A stretch of 64,000 nucleotides of DNA from an uncultured Gammaproteobacteria bacterium. Its GTDB lineage: Bacteria > Pseudomonadota > Gammaproteobacteria > GCA-001735895. Position 1 is the first letter of the stretch. Each line of letters begins with the position of its first letter. Shown here piece after piece: positions 20,077 to 31,772 of the stretch. The DNA lies in NCBI GenBank assembly GCA_913061315.1, contig CAJXUC010000001.1, positions 72,197-136,196 on the forward strand, given 5' to 3'. Below the pieces are notes generated by a model. That model was not told where the DNA came from, made no database searches, and saw only the letters and a list, made by a program, of their open reading frames with translations. The translations under genes were made by a program, and so were the position numbers.

Positions 20077-22671
20077 CTACGCTACGTTTGACGATTCAAG
20101 AAAGTCTTGTGCAAAACGTTGCAACACACCGCCAGCCTCGTAAACCGACACTTCTTCAGCGGTATCAATCCGGCAGATTACGGGTACTTTCAAGCTCTCT
20201 CCGCTACTACGATTAATTATCAGGGTCAATGTTGCTAGCGCTGTGATTTCTCCCGTTACATCAAATGTCTCAGTACCGTCAATATTATATGTTGCTCTAG
20301 TCTCACCGGCTTTAAATTCAATCGGCAATATACCCATACCTACCAGATTAGTTCGGTGAATACGCTCAAAACCTTCAGCCACAATGACCTCTACGCCGGC
20401 GAGTCGAACACCTTTGGCAGCCCAGTCGCGTGAAGAGCCCTGGCCATAGTCAGCCCCCGCAACAATGATTAATGGTTGCTTGCGTTGCATATAGGCTTCA
20501 ATGGCTTCCCACATTCGAGTAACTTTTCCCTCTGGCTCAATACGAGCCAGAGAGCCCTGTTGAGTTTCACCGTCCTTGGTTACCATTTCATTTAATAATT
20601 TTGGATTGGCAAAGGTCGCTCTTTGTGCAGTAAGATGGTCGCCACGATGGGTTGCATAAGAATTAAAGTCTACTTCTGGTAGGCCCATTTTAGTCAGATA
20701 CTCACCAGCAGCACTAGACGCCAATATGGCGTTTGAGGGTGATAAGTGATCTGTTGTAATATTGTCACCAAGCACTGCTAAAGGGCGCATGCCCTTTAAA
20801 TTGCGCTCACCCGCCAAGGCACCTTCCCAATAGGGTGGACGACGAATATAGGTAGTTTGAGGCCGCCAGTCATACAGTGGGTTAACGGATTCGGTGGCAC
20901 TATCAGATCCAGCAAACATAGGAATATAAACTTGCTGATACTGCTCAGGTTTAACGCTAGCCTTGACGACCGCATCAATTTCATCATCATCTGGCCAGAT
21001 ATCTTTCAGTGTGACAGGCTGGTCCTTTTGATCAAAGCCAAGTACATCTTTTTCTATATCAAAGCGAATAGTTCCGGCAATCGCATAGGCGACAACTAGC
21101 GGTGGTGAAGCTAGAAACGCTTGCTTTGCATAGGGATGGATTCGGCCATCAAAATTTCTATTACCGGATAAAACGGCAGTTGCATAGAGGTCTCTATCGA
21201 CTATTTCCTTCTGAATTACAGGATCAAGAGCACCACTCATGCCATTACAAGTAGTACAGGCAAATCCAACAATACCAAATCCAAGTTGTTCTAGTTCTGA
21301 AAGCAAGTTAGCTTCTTGTAAATAAAGTTGAACTGTTTTTGAACCTGGGGCGAGTGACGTCTTGACCCAGGGCTTTCTTAGCAGGCCAAGCTCATTGGCT
21401 TTACGCGCTATCAAACCAGCAGCGATCATATTGCGAGGATTACTGGTATTGGTGCAGCTGGTGATGGCGGCAATGATCACTGCACCATCTGGCATTAAAC
21501 CGGCTTTATTTTCAACTTTACCGGCAATACCGCGGGCAGCAAGTTCAGATGTTGGCACCCTTTTGTGGGGGCTGGATGGCCCAGCGATGTTACGAACTAC
21601 TGAAGATAAATCAAAGGTTAATACACGCTCATACACTGCGTTTTGGAGGTCGTCGGCCCATAAACCACATTGTTTAGCGTAGATCTCTACTAGTTTAACC
21701 TGTTCTGGTTCACGGCCAGTAAGTTTTAAGTAGTCAATGGTTTGCTGGTCTATATAAAACATCCCCGCTGACGCGCCAAATTCTGGGGTCATATTGGATA
21801 TTGTCGCTCGATCACCCAAAGTCAATGCAGCTGCTCCTTCCCCATAAAATTCGAGATAAGTGGATACAACTTTTTGATCTCGTAGAAATTCAGTAATAGC
21901 TAGAACAATATCAGTGGCAGTAATGCCAGGTTGACGTTTACCGGCCAAGTTAACACCGACGATATGTGGCAAACGCATGTGGGAGGCTCGGCCCAGCATA
22001 ACATTCTCTGCTTCAAGTCCACCGACACCAATGGCGAGAACCCCTAAAGCATCAACGTGAGGCGTATGACTATCAGTCCCAACTAAAGTATCAGGGAAGG
22101 CTAAGCCATCTTGTAATTGAATGACAGGAGACATTTTCTCTAAATTAATCTGATGCATGATGCCGTTACCGGGCTGAATGACATCAACATTCTTAAATGC
22201 TTTTTTGGTCCAATTAATGAAGTGAAATCGGTCGTCATTGCGGCGATCTTCAATTGCTCGATTTTTTTCGAATGCATCAGCTTCAAATCCACCATGTTCC
22301 ACAGCCAGTGAGTGATCAACAATTAACTGTGTTGGCACCACGGGATTAACTTGTGACGGGTCACCTCCTTGTTCGGCAATAGCATCACGCAAACCAGCGA
22401 GATCAACCAGTGCTGTTTGACCCAAAATATCATGACACACTACCCGCGCGGGATACCAAGGGAAGTCTAAATCCCGCTTACGGTAAATGAGTTGCCCTAG
22501 CGAGGCATTTAGCAAAGCTGGATCGCACCGTCGTACCAAGTTTTCGGCCAACACTTTTGAGGTATAAGGCAGGTGCTCATAAGCCCCGGGCTCAATAGCA
22601 TTGATGGCTAAACGTGCATCGAAATAATCAAATTGTGTGCCCACTAATGGTTTGCGAAAATCTGTATTCAT
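20077..22671 (-). CDS. acnD: Fe-S 2-methylcitrate dehydratase AcnD (aconitase A family)
   Basis: 864 aa aconitase-family protein with Fe-S ligand region (…CTNTSNP…, …GFACTTCNGMSG…) and swivel domain. Operon position between prpC and prpF. Confidence 0.9.
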   Translation of the reverse strand: MNTDFRKPLVGTQFDYFDARLAINAIEPGAYEHLPYTSKVLAENLVRRCDPALLNASLGQLIYRKRDLDFPWYPARVVCHDILGQTALVDLAGLRDAIAEQGGDPSQVNPVVPTQLIVDHSLAVEHGGFEADAFEKNRAIEDRRNDDRFHFINWTKKAFKNVDVIQPGNGIMHQINLEKMSPVIQLQDGLAFPDTLVGTDSHTPHVDALGVLAIGVGGLEAENVMLGRASHMRLPHIVGVNLAGKRQPGITATDIVLAITEFLRDQKVVSTYLEFYGEGAAALTLGDRATISNMTPEFGASAGMFYIDQQTIDYLKLTGREPEQVKLVEIYAKQCGLWADDLQNAVYERVLTFDLSSVVRNIAGPSSPHKRVPTSELAARGIAGKVENKAGLMPDGAVIIAAITSCTNTSNPRNMIAAGLIARKANELGLLRKPWVKTSLAPGSKTVQLYLQEANLLSELEQLGFGIVGFACTTCNGMSGALDPVIQKEIVDRDLYATAVLSGNRNFDGRIHPYAKQAFLASPPLVVAYAIAGTIRFDIEKDVLGFDQKDQPVTLKDIWPDDDEIDAVVKASVKPEQYQQVYIPMFAGSDSATESVNPLYDWRPQTTYIRRPPYWEGALAGERNLKGMRPLAVLGDNITTDHLSPSNAILASSAAGEYLTKMGLPEVDFNSYATHRGDHLTAQRATFANPKLLNEMVTKDGETQQGSLARIEPEGKVTRMWEAIEAYMQRKQPLIIVAGADYGQGSSRDWAAKGVRLAGVEVIVAEGFERIHRTNLVGMGILPIEFKAGETRATYNIDGTETFDVTGEITALATLTLIINRSSGESLKVPVICRIDTAEEVSVYEAGGVLQRFAQDFLESSNVA

Positions 22672-22690
22672 GTCATGCCCCTATAGCCAT

Positions 22691-23839
22691 TTAGGTTCGA
22701 TCTTTTATTGCTAAAAAATCTAAATTTTCTGGCCCAGTATAGTTTGCAGATGGACGGATGATTTTGCCATCTTGCCGCTGTTCGATGACATGTGCACCCC
22801 AGCCCGAAGTTCGAGCAATGACAAACAGTGGTGTAAACATATCAATAGGAATCCCCATCTGGTCATAAGATACTGCAGAAAACCAGTCCAGGTTGGGAAA
22901 CATTTTTTTCATTTCCCACATAGTACTTTCAAGCCTCTCAGCGACGTCGTACATCAATATAGAGTCATTTTCTGTCGAAAGTTTTTTGGCTACCTTTTTA
23001 ATCACTTCGTTGCGTGGATCACTCACGGTGTAAACCGGATGACCAAAGCCAATAACAATTTCTTTTTTGGCAACCCGCTCACGAATATCGGTTTCTGCTT
23101 CATCGGCTGAGCTATACCTCGATTGAATTTCAAACGCAACTTCGTTTGCACCACCATGTTTAGGCCCGCGCAAAGCCCCAATACCACCCGTAATGGCAGA
23201 ATACATATCTGAGCCGGTACCAGCGATGACACGGCTGGCAAAAGTGGAGGCGTTGAACTCGTGCTCTGCATATAAAATGAGTGAAATATGCATGGCCTTG
23301 ACCCAAGACTCTGGTGCTGGTTTGCCGTGCAGCAAGTGTAGGAAATGACCACCGATTGAATCATCATCAGTATTCAAGTCGATACGTTTTTTGTTATTGG
23401 AAAAGTGATACCAATAAACCAACATCGAACCAAAGCACGCCATTAGACGATCGATAATATCTCGTGCTGCGGCTTCGTTCTGATTGGACGACTCAGGAGC
23501 TTGACAACCCAGTGCAGAACAACCGGTTCGCATTACATCCATTGGGTGCGTGCTGGCAGGTAATTGTTCGAGAACAGTTTTCACCGATTGTGGTAGATCG
23601 CGCAACAATTTCAGCTTGACTTTGTAGGATGCTAGTTCAGATTGGGTCGGTAATTTTTCATGTACGATTAAATGGGCGACTTCTTCAAACTCACATGTTT
23701 CAGCAATATCGAGTATGTCAAAGCCACGGTAGTGCAAATCATTGCCGGTCCGACCCACGGTACAAATTGCTGTATTACCAGCAACTGTGCCAGATAGCGC
23801 TACCGATTTTTTAGGTTTAAATCCGGGTGCATTACTCAT
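22691..23839 (-). CDS. prpC: 2-methylcitrate synthase
   Basis: 382 aa citrate-synthase family with the short PrpC-type N-terminus (…[33 protein letters not shown]…) and catalytic H/H/D region (GFGHPVYT). Confidence 0.9.
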   Translation of the reverse strand: MSNAPGFKPKKSVALSGTVAGNTAICTVGRTGNDLHYRGFDILDIAETCEFEEVAHLIVHEKLPTQSELASYKVKLKLLRDLPQSVKTVLEQLPASTHPMDVMRTGCSALGCQAPESSNQNEAAARDIIDRLMACFGSMLVYWYHFSNNKKRIDLNTDDDSIGGHFLHLLHGKPAPESWVKAMHISLILYAEHEFNASTFASRVIAGTGSDMYSAITGGIGALRGPKHGGANEVAFEIQSRYSSADEAETDIRERVAKKEIVIGFGHPVYTVSDPRNEVIKKVAKKLSTENDSILMYDVAERLESTMWEMKKMFPNLDWFSAVSYDQMGIPIDMFTPLFVIARTSGWGAHVIEQRQDGKIIRPSANYTGPENLDFLAIKDRT

Positions 23840-23876
23840 AATTTCTCCTTGTTGATTCCCTATATAAAATATTATT

Positions 23877-24785
23877 TTAGTCAGAAAAAAGCTGATCTAA
23901 AGTTTTTTCATACTGGTGATAGTCAAGAAAATCGTATAACTCCATACGGGTTTGCATGCTATCAACTACGTTTTGTTGGCTACCATCAGCCAGTATGCTT
24001 TGGTATACCTTCAGAGCAGCTAGGCTCATTGCTCGAAAGGCACTCAGTGGATAAAGCGATAATTTGACACCCACTGATGCCAACTGTTCACTGTCAAAAA
24101 GTGGCGTTGCACCAAATTCAGTAATATTGGCTAAAACGGGCACACTCACCATTTGGGTCACCTGCTGGTATTGTTCTAGCTCGTTAATCGCTTCAGGGAA
24201 TATCATGTCGGCACCAGCCTCAACACAGGCCGCAATTCTATCCAACGCCGAGTTCATGCCTTCAACGGCGAGTGCATCAGTTCGAGCCATGATAACAAAG
24301 CTATCATCAGTTCTAGCATCAACTGCAGCCTTCACTCTATCAACCATTTCAGCTTGCGTGACAATGGCTTTATTGGGTCGGTGACCACAGCGTTTTTGCA
24401 TGATTTGATCTTCAATATGAATGCCAGCTACGTTGACACGAGTCATTTCACGAACACAGCGTGCAATGTTAAAAGCGCCTCCCCAGCCGGTATCTGCATC
24501 GACTAATAACGGTAACGAACTTGCATCAGTAATTCGACGAGCGTCTTCAAGGACATCGTGAAGTGCCGAAATACCCAGATCAGGTGTGCCAAGTGAGCTA
24601 GCAGCAACCCCACCACCTGACAAATAAATAGCTTTATGCCCGCATTTTTCAGCCATGATCGCGCTATAGGCATTGACCGTTCCAACCACCTGGAGCGGAC
24701 TGTTTTGTTCGACTGCCAGGCGAAGTTTATCGCCAGATGAGGCGTGTGTGTTTGATATCGTTTGATTCGTAGTAGGACTAGTCAT
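23877..24785 (-). CDS. prpB: 2-methylisocitrate lyase
   Basis: ICL/PEP-mutase family (…KIAAAGFDA-type fold; DADTGWGGA; KRCGH). Start placed at Met 24785 (MTSPTT…), preceded by GGAG. The longer ORF to 24824 would overlap prpR by 47 nt. Confidence 0.85.
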   Translation of the reverse strand: MTSPTTNQTISNTHASSGDKLRLAVEQNSPLQVVGTVNAYSAIMAEKCGHKAIYLSGGGVAASSLGTPDLGISALHDVLEDARRITDASSLPLLVDADTGWGGAFNIARCVREMTRVNVAGIHIEDQIMQKRCGHRPNKAIVTQAEMVDRVKAAVDARTDDSFVIMARTDALAVEGMNSALDRIAACVEAGADMIFPEAINELEQYQQVTQMVSVPVLANITEFGATPLFDSEQLASVGVKLSLYPLSAFRAMSLAALKVYQSILADGSQQNVVDSMQTRMELYDFLDYHQYEKTLDQLFSD

Positions 24786-25476
24786 TTTGTAACTCCAGTA
24801 TTGTCTTAACAATTTTCCATGCACCGCTTATATGGCGACGCATTAATAATTCAGCAAGTTCTTCGTCACGCTGTTCGATTGCAAAGGCAATTTGACGGTG
24901 TTGTGCAAGTGCCTTTGCAGGTCGAGTCGGTTGTTGACCTGACTGATAACGACACATGCGAATGAGTTGATAGAGCTCACCGTTTAAATTTTCCAAAATC
25001 CACTGATTTTGACTGGCACTGGCAATGCGGTGATGAAAGTCAATATTACCCTCTTCCTGAAGATAGGTTTTACCGTCAGATTCTGAAATAACTTGCTCAT
25101 GCGTGTCGAGAAGATTTTGCAGTGACACAATGGCCTCGTCACTCATATGCCTCGCAGCTAACCGAGCGGCCATACCTTCAAGCGCTTCACGTGCGGTGTA
25201 AATGTCATGCATGGTTTTGATGTCGAGCGTTACAACTCTTGATCCAGCATGAGGGACGCGTAGAATCAGTTTCATTTGCTCAAGGCGGTGGATCGCTTCG
25301 CGTAAAGGACCCCGACTAATACCATATTTGAATGCCAGTTCTGATTCTACTATTTTGCTACCTTGACTCAGTTCTCCCCGGATAATTTCCGCTTTAATGG
25401 ACTCATAGACCTTACCAGCCAAGGTTTTTGTCTGTGTCAGAGTGCCCTCGAGTTCTTTTTGACTGACTTCATTCAT
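24778..25476 (-). CDS. prpR: GntR-family (FadR/FCD subfamily) transcriptional regulator, likely methylcitrate-operon regulator
   Basis: 232 aa. N-terminal GntR wHTH (…[23 protein letters not shown]…) plus C-terminal all-helical FCD domain. First gene of the prp operon, with its stop overlapping the prpB start. Confidence 0.8.
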   Translation of the reverse strand: MNEVSQKELEGTLTQTKTLAGKVYESIKAEIIRGELSQGSKIVESELAFKYGISRGPLREAIHRLEQMKLILRVPHAGSRVVTLDIKTMHDIYTAREALEGMAARLAARHMSDEAIVSLQNLLDTHEQVISESDGKTYLQEEGNIDFHHRIASASQNQWILENLNGELYQLIRMCRYQSGQQPTRPAKALAQHRQIAFAIEQRDEELAELLMRRHISGAWKIVKTILELQND

Positions 25477-25479
25477 ATA

Positions 25480-25560
25480 ATTGTTAACAATAAAGGGAAA
25501 AATAGTAAATTTTTCGGGCTATTCTGCTCTGATAACCCAATAATTGTCAACAATAAAGAA
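25480..25560. promoter_or_regulatory. two copies of a 16-bp element ATTGTyAACAATAAAG, the first a perfect 12-bp palindrome, in the prpR/gltA divergent region
   Basis: ATTGTTAACAAT at 25480-25491 is a perfect palindrome 4 nt upstream of the prpR ATG. ATTGTCAACAAT at 25545-25556 is a one-off variant. Both are followed by AAAG. The t.GT…AC.a core fits FadR/GntR-type operators. Confidence 0.45.
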
Positions 25561-25819
25561 TTTGAGATTATTGTATCCCATATCCTATAGTCAATGGGTA
25601 AGGCGTCAATGCCAATCTGCAGGGTTTAATCCTGAGGATTGCATTATTTAATACTAGTCGTGATAACTACGTAAGGAATCAGATAATAAGGTATATTGCC
25701 GCTCTGCCATAAAATAGTAGGGTAAACACCCAGATCTTATATTCAAATCAATAGTCAGATACTAAGCCAATTTTCACAATATAGATTTTATCACTATCCG
25801 GACCAGAGAGAAGATATTC

Positions 25820-27121
25820 ATGTCAACCGTAACTATCATCGACGACGAAACCGGCAAAAAAGTACAAATGCCATTGTTAACTCCCACCAGTGGTCCAAAA
25901 ACAATCGACATCAGCATGCTATACAAAGAGTTAGGTTATTTCACTTACGATCCTGGGTTCATGTCGACCGCTAGTTGCTCAAGTGCTATTACCTTTCTTG
26001 ATGGTGAACAAGGCATTCTGCAATATCGTGGATATCCAATTGAGCAATTGGCAGAACATAGCAATTATTTAGAGGTTTGTTATTTACTATTGAATAACAA
26101 GCTACCAAATCGCTTAGAACTGACAGAGTTTGAAGTCGACATCACCAACCATACGATGCTCCATGAAGCATTAAAGAGCTTTTTTAGTGGTTTTCGTCGA
26201 GACGCCCATCCGATGGCTATTATGGTCGGTGTTGTAGGCGCATTAGCTGCTTTTTATCACGACCACATGGACATCAAAAATCCTGAGCATCGTAAGATTA
26301 CTGCTCACCGCTTGCTGGCAAAAATGCCAACCATTGCTGCTTGGAGTTATCGTTTTGCGACGGGTAAGCCTTTTGTTTATCCTCGCAACGATCTGAACTA
26401 TACCGAGAACTTCTTGCATATGATGTTCTCTATGCCAAGCAACGATTACAAACCAAGCTCGCTATTAGCTAAAGCGCTTGATTTAATCCTTATTCTGCAT
26501 GCCGATCATGAGCAAAATGCATCGACGTCTACTGTCCGTTTAGCTGGCAGCTCTGATGCCAATCCATTTGCAGCCGTTGCTGCGGGTGTTGCCACCCTTT
26601 GGGGTCCTGCGCATGGTGGTGCAAACGAAGCAGTAATTCGGATGTTAATTGATATTAATGAATCAGGTAAGCCTTTGCAGTTATTCATTGATCGTGCAAA
26701 AGATAAGAACGATGATTTTCGACTGATGGGTTTTGGTCATCGTGTTTACAAAAATCACGATCCGCGCGCCACCCTTATCCGTGAGATCTGTCACAAATTG
26801 CTCAACGAAATGGAAACAACCGGTGAACAGCAAAAAATGCTTGAAACCGCAATGGCTTTAGAAAAGGTAGCCTTAGAGGACGAATATTTCATCACCCGTA
26901 ACCTCTATCCAAATGTTGATTTTTATTCGGGTATTATTTTCCTTGCGATGGGTATCCCAATGAACATGTTCACAGTTATGTTTGCAATGGCCCGAACGGT
27001 GGGCTGGGTTGCGCAATGGAACGAAATGATATCTGAGCCAGGTTATAAAATTGGTCGACCAAGACAGCTTTATACCGGTCCAATTGATCTAAAATACGAT
27101 TCTATTGATAAACGCAGTTAA
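25820..27121 (+). CDS. gltA: citrate synthase (type II, hexameric type)
   Basis: 433 aa. Collinear with E. coli GltA by recall (…[20 protein letters not shown]…[14 protein letters not shown]…). Confidence 0.92.
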   Translation: MSTVTIIDDETGKKVQMPLLTPTSGPKTIDISMLYKELGYFTYDPGFMSTASCSSAITFLDGEQGILQYRGYPIEQLAEHSNYLEVCYLLLNNKLPNRLELTEFEVDITNHTMLHEALKSFFSGFRRDAHPMAIMVGVVGALAAFYHDHMDIKNPEHRKITAHRLLAKMPTIAAWSYRFATGKPFVYPRNDLNYTENFLHMMFSMPSNDYKPSSLLAKALDLILILHADHEQNASTSTVRLAGSSDANPFAAVAAGVATLWGPAHGGANEAVIRMLIDINESGKPLQLFIDRAKDKNDDFRLMGFGHRVYKNHDPRATLIREICHKLLNEMETTGEQQKMLETAMALEKVALEDEYFITRNLYPNVDFYSGIIFLAMGIPMNMFTVMFAMARTVGWVAQWNEMISEPGYKIGRPRQLYTGPIDLKYDSIDKRS

Positions 27122-27198
27122 GCCCTAAGCTATTCATAAGTGATTTATACGTCCGATTGCTAAACCCAATAGGCCGCCTACACAGTAGAGAAAAAATT

Positions 27199-29778
27199 AT
27201 GTTACAGATATACCGAGACCACACCGCTGAGCGCGCTTTAGAGGGTATTCCTCCGAAGCCCCTAAGTGCACAACAAACAGCTGATTTAATAGAGCTCTTT
27301 AAAGCACCCGCTGCCGGTGAAGAAAACTATATGCTGGAATTGTTAACCCAGCATGTGCCGGCAGGTGTTGATGAAGCTGCTTATGTTAAAGCAGGCTTCC
27401 TAGCTGCAATTAGTTCAGGTGAGACGACTTCACCATTAATTGATCCTGTAAAAGCAATCGAAATCTTAGGCTCTATGTTAGGTGGCTACAATATCCAGCC
27501 ACTGATTGCTGGTCTAGATAATGAAGCAACAGGCGTCGCAGCTGTAAAGGCGCTTTCACATACACTGCTTATGTTTGATGCCTTCTATGATGTAAAGGAA
27601 AAAGCAGATGCTGGAAATACTTACGCGAAGCAAGCTGTCGAGTCTTGGGCCAACGCCGAGTGGTTCACCAGCAAGCCATCACTAGAGAACAAGGTAACCG
27701 TCACAATATTTAAGGTACCGGGCGAAACCAATACCGATGACTTATCCCCCGCACAAGATGCTTGGTCGCGTCCAGATATTCCGTTACACGGCAATGCCAT
27801 GTTAAAAATTGTCCGTGAAGGTGTCGCTGAAAACCCATTAGAGACAATCAAAAAATTAAAGGAAAAAGGTTTTCCAGTCGCTTATGTTGGTGACGTTGTT
27901 GGCACTGGTTCTTCGCGTAAATCAGCCACTAACTCAGTACTTTGGCACATGGGCCAAGATATCCCTTTTATTCCTAATAAGCGCAACGGTGGTTATTGTT
28001 TCGGTACTAAAATTGCACCTATTTTCTTCAATACAATGGAGGACGCCGGCGCATTACCGATCGAAATGGACGTTTCAGAAATGGAAACTGGCGATATTAT
28101 CGACGTCTATCCTTTTGCCGGAAAAGCCACCAAACATGGTAGCGAGGAAGTCATCGCAACTTTTGAACTCAGCACCAACGTTTTAAAAGACGAAGTTCAA
28201 GCCAATGGTCGTATTCCTCTGATTATTGGTCGTGGTCTCACTGGTCGAGCGCGCGAATCTCTAGGCTTACCTGTCAGTGATGTATTTGAAGTGCCTGAAG
28301 CCAAAGAAGACAGTGGCAAGGGGTTTACTCTTGCTCAAAAAATGGTGGGTAAAGCGTGTGGCGTTACGGGTGTTCGTCCCAACATGTATTGTGAACCCAA
28401 GATGACTACGGTTGGCTCACAAGACACAACGGGGCCGATGACGCGAGACGAGCTGAAAGATCTAGCCTGCCTAGGTTTCTCTGCCGACCTAGTGATGCAG
28501 TCTTTTTGTCATACAGCCCCTTATCCTAAACCCGTTGATGTGATTACCCATCACACGTTGCCAGATTTTATCCAGACTCGTGGTGGCGTGTCGCTGCGGC
28601 CGGGAGACGGCGTCATTCACTCGTGGATGAATCGCATGTTACTCCCCGATACGGTCGGTACTGGAGGTGATTCACACACCCGTTTCCCAATCGGTATTTC
28701 TTTCCCTGCGGGTTCTGGTTTAGTAGCATTCGCTGCTGCAACCGGTGTTATGCCACTGGATATGCCTGAATCAGTTTTAGTTCGTTTTAAAGGCGAAATG
28801 CAGCCAGGTATTACATTACGTGACTTGGTAAACGCGATTCCATACTCAGCCATTCAACGTGGACTGTTAACGGTCGAAAAGAAAGGTAAAAAGAATGTTT
28901 TCTCTGGTCGTGTCCTCGAAATTGAAGGCTTACCCAAGCTCAAAGTTGAGCAAGCATTTGAGCTATCAGACGCCTCTGCAGAGCGATCAGCCTCGGGTTG
29001 TAGCGTTAAACTAGATAAAGAGCCCATCATCGAATATATGAACTCAAACATCACCATGTTTAAGTGGATGATTTATGAAGGTTATGGTGACGTGCGTACC
29101 ATCAAGCGCCGCATTGAAGAAATGGAAGCCTGGTTGGCAAATCCGATATTAATGGAAGCTGACAGTGATGCTGAATATGCTGAAATTATTGAGATTGATC
29201 TCAACGAAATCAAGGAGCCTTTGCTGGCTTGTCCGAACGATCCTGATGATGTTAAGACTCTGTCGGACGTTGCGGGGACTAAAATAGATGAAGTCTTTAT
29301 TGGTTCTTGCATGACTAATATTGGTCATTTTCGCGCAGCGGGTAAATTGCTCGAGAAATTAGAAGGCCCGGTGGCAACTCGACTCTGGATTGCACCACCT
29401 ACCAAAATGGACGAAGCGCAGTTAACTGCTGAAGGTTATTATAATATCTTTGGTCGCACTGGAGCTCGTACTGAAATGCCCGGCTGTTCACTGTGTATGG
29501 GTAATCAGGCTCGAGTTGCAGCCAACAGCACAGTGGTTTCGACTTCAACTCGAAATTTTCCCAATCGCTTGGGCGCTGGAGCTGATGTCTACTTGGCGTC
29601 AGCAGAGTTGTCGGCTGTTGCGTCCATTATGGGCAAAATTCCAACCATGGAAGAGTATATGGTTTACGCAAATGATATTAATACGATGGCTGAAGACGTT
29701 TATCGTTATCTCAACTTTAACGAAATGGACAGTTACATGACGGCAGCAGAAAGTGCTTTTCCAGTGGCCGTTGTTTAG
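27199..29778 (+). CDS. acnB: aconitate hydratase B / 2-methylisocitrate dehydratase
   Basis: Start taken at [22 protein letters not shown]…, matching the AcnB N-terminus by recall (MLEEYRKHVAERAAEGI.PKPL); the six-frame ORF begins 14 codons earlier. HEAT-like N-domain plus aconitase catalytic domains with Cys ligands. Confidence 0.9.
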   Translation: MLQIYRDHTAERALEGIPPKPLSAQQTADLIELFKAPAAGEENYMLELLTQHVPAGVDEAAYVKAGFLAAISSGETTSPLIDPVKAIEILGSMLGGYNIQPLIAGLDNEATGVAAVKALSHTLLMFDAFYDVKEKADAGNTYAKQAVESWANAEWFTSKPSLENKVTVTIFKVPGETNTDDLSPAQDAWSRPDIPLHGNAMLKIVREGVAENPLETIKKLKEKGFPVAYVGDVVGTGSSRKSATNSVLWHMGQDIPFIPNKRNGGYCFGTKIAPIFFNTMEDAGALPIEMDVSEMETGDIIDVYPFAGKATKHGSEEVIATFELSTNVLKDEVQANGRIPLIIGRGLTGRARESLGLPVSDVFEVPEAKEDSGKGFTLAQKMVGKACGVTGVRPNMYCEPKMTTVGSQDTTGPMTRDELKDLACLGFSADLVMQSFCHTAPYPKPVDVITHHTLPDFIQTRGGVSLRPGDGVIHSWMNRMLLPDTVGTGGDSHTRFPIGISFPAGSGLVAFAAATGVMPLDMPESVLVRFKGEMQPGITLRDLVNAIPYSAIQRGLLTVEKKGKKNVFSGRVLEIEGLPKLKVEQAFELSDASAERSASGCSVKLDKEPIIEYMNSNITMFKWMIYEGYGDVRTIKRRIEEMEAWLANPILMEADSDAEYAEIIEIDLNEIKEPLLACPNDPDDVKTLSDVAGTKIDEVFIGSCMTNIGHFRAAGKLLEKLEGPVATRLWIAPPTKMDEAQLTAEGYYNIFGRTGARTEMPGCSLCMGNQARVAANSTVVSTSTRNFPNRLGAGADVYLASAELSAVASIMGKIPTMEEYMVYANDINTMAEDVYRYLNFNEMDSYMTAAESAFPVAVV

Positions 29779-29806
29779 ACGTCAAGTTTAAATGGTTAAA
29801 AACGAA

Positions 29807-29834
29807 AGGCGTTCATTGAGCGCCTTTTGTTTAA
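29807..29834 (+). terminator. rho-independent terminator after acnB
   Basis: aaaggcgttca…tgagcgccttt stem followed by TTTTGTTT, about 30 nt after the acnB stop. A second weaker GC hairpin plus T-run lies at ~29896-29925. Confidence 0.6.
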
Positions 29835-30575
29835 CGGCAGTTAAAACAATAAATCAAGATCGTTACTGATGGTAAAGCAGGTTGGAAGGGCGCATCGGTG
29901 ACATGGCGCCTCTTTTAACCAATCCTTCAGAAAAGTCTTTAATGATGCACAAACTGGTACGCATGATTTGTAAGCTATATCCGCTAAAGAATAAAAACGG
30001 AAAGAAGTCTGGATGTAATTAACCATCGAATATGTATGTTTTCATTTTAGTGATTAAACTTTCTACACCTGAATTAGTTGGCCAACCTATATAATCAAAT
30101 CAATTTTAAATTCAGTTAAGCCAATTCAATTCGACCTAGCATTTCTACTGAAAATTTTATTCTAAGGCTAGACTCAGTGATTTTAACTTTTACTTAAAAT
30201 CGGTTAAATTAAAACAACACTCAGTCACATAACGAAACCTTCGAACTAGGCGTGCAACATAGTGCTGAGGGAACAAAAGGGTAGTCGTTTGTATCGCTAA
30301 TGAAACCATTGATGCCATTACACCTATTATCTGGTCGTAGAACATTATTTAAGTCATAGGTACAGCTGATGAAGTAACAGTGGGAAAGATTAATATAAAA
30401 GATGAAACTAATGATGGGCCTCAATTCTCAATAGGCAGTTTCAAATAATTTGGTTATGATTGAAAGTAGTCTTAAAGGTAAACACTGTTTCATACAGGCT
30501 AAATTGGTTTTATATTTGACCAATCAAAGCTGAAGGTAGATGTTTCCTTACTATCAGGTGGATAATATTCATTTT

Positions 30576-31613
30576 ATGACAAAACCCGCTCGCTCAAAGC
30601 TGACCCTCCGTGGAGAAAGAGTCACCATTGACTCAAATGAAGCCATTGATATAGTCAGTGCTATCTTTGAGAAAATTGGTTGCAATAAAAGAACGGCTCG
30701 TACCGTAGCTGAGCATCTGGCTGATACCAGCCTATGTGGGATGGAAAGCCATGGGCTGATGCGTACTCTTCAATACACTGAACAATTTCAGAACGGTTAT
30801 ATGGATCCATTTGCAGTACCCCGTATTGTCACGACACTGAGGGGTGCGCAAGAGGTTGATGGTTTTGGTGGCATCGGTATTCCAGCCATGAGTCTGGCCT
30901 ACCGACATGGCATGAAGATTGCCAAAAAAGCTGGAATATCTGCATTGGCGGTACGTAACGTTGGTCATACTGGTCGGCATGGTGCCTTTGCTGATGAAGC
31001 TGCAGAAGAGGGATTTTTAACCTTGTGTACTGGCGGAGGAAATCGAGAGATCTGGCGACAGGTTGCACCTCATGGTGGCGCAAAAGCCCTCCTGCCAACA
31101 AATCCCTGGTGTGCTGGTATTCCAGGAGGTGAGCAGGGTTCAGTGGTAATGGATTTTGCCACATCGAAAATCGCCGGAGGTTGGATTTATGCGGCACAAA
31201 GTGCTAACGCACTGTTACCGGAGGATTGTATCATTGATGCTAAAGGTAACCCCACACGAGAACCTGCGGACTATTTTAATGGAGGGGCGATTCTGCCTGC
31301 CGGTGAGCACAAAGGTTACGCACTGGCACTAATGGGTGAGTTAATCGGTGAAGCTATGCTTGGCCCATCAACAACAGAATGCAATTGGATATTGATTACA
31401 ATTGATACCAAGCGCTTTCGAGAACCCTCTGCGATGCGTTGCGTTGCTGAGGGATTGCTTGAAGAGTTACGCCAGTGTCCACCAGCATCAGGCTTTGAAC
31501 GAGTTGAAATCCCGGGAGAACGTGAGCGTGAATATCGAACCCAATCCAACGGAGCCATCTCCATACCAGAAGATACTTGGCAGCAGATTCTGGCGCTGCA
31601 GACAGCCCTGTAG
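30576..31613 (+). CDS. Ldh_2-family (malate/L-lactate/ureidoglycolate/sulfolactate dehydrogenase-type) NAD(P)-dependent oxidoreductase
   Basis: Start placed at MTKPARSKLTLRGERV…; the ORF extends to 30540. Family pattern: …AEHLADTSLCGMESHGLMR…, …VRNVGHTGRHGAFA…, …GGAKALLPTNPW…. Confidence 0.75.
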   Translation: MTKPARSKLTLRGERVTIDSNEAIDIVSAIFEKIGCNKRTARTVAEHLADTSLCGMESHGLMRTLQYTEQFQNGYMDPFAVPRIVTTLRGAQEVDGFGGIGIPAMSLAYRHGMKIAKKAGISALAVRNVGHTGRHGAFADEAAEEGFLTLCTGGGNREIWRQVAPHGGAKALLPTNPWCAGIPGGEQGSVVMDFATSKIAGGWIYAAQSANALLPEDCIIDAKGNPTREPADYFNGGAILPAGEHKGYALALMGELIGEAMLGPSTTECNWILITIDTKRFREPSAMRCVAEGLLEELRQCPPASGFERVEIPGEREREYRTQSNGAISIPEDTWQQILALQTAL

Positions 31614-31772
31614 CAAAACAAGGTGGGGTAATGGAGTCGCTATATTGCAAATAGCGATTAACAAATGGCTGAAAGTCAGGTTAACAGCGTGTGAAAGATT
31701 TTTTTAATGAGTTTATGTCTAAAAAAGTGAAGCAATTCTCGGTGCTGAAATTGCTGTTGGCCGATTAGGTTT

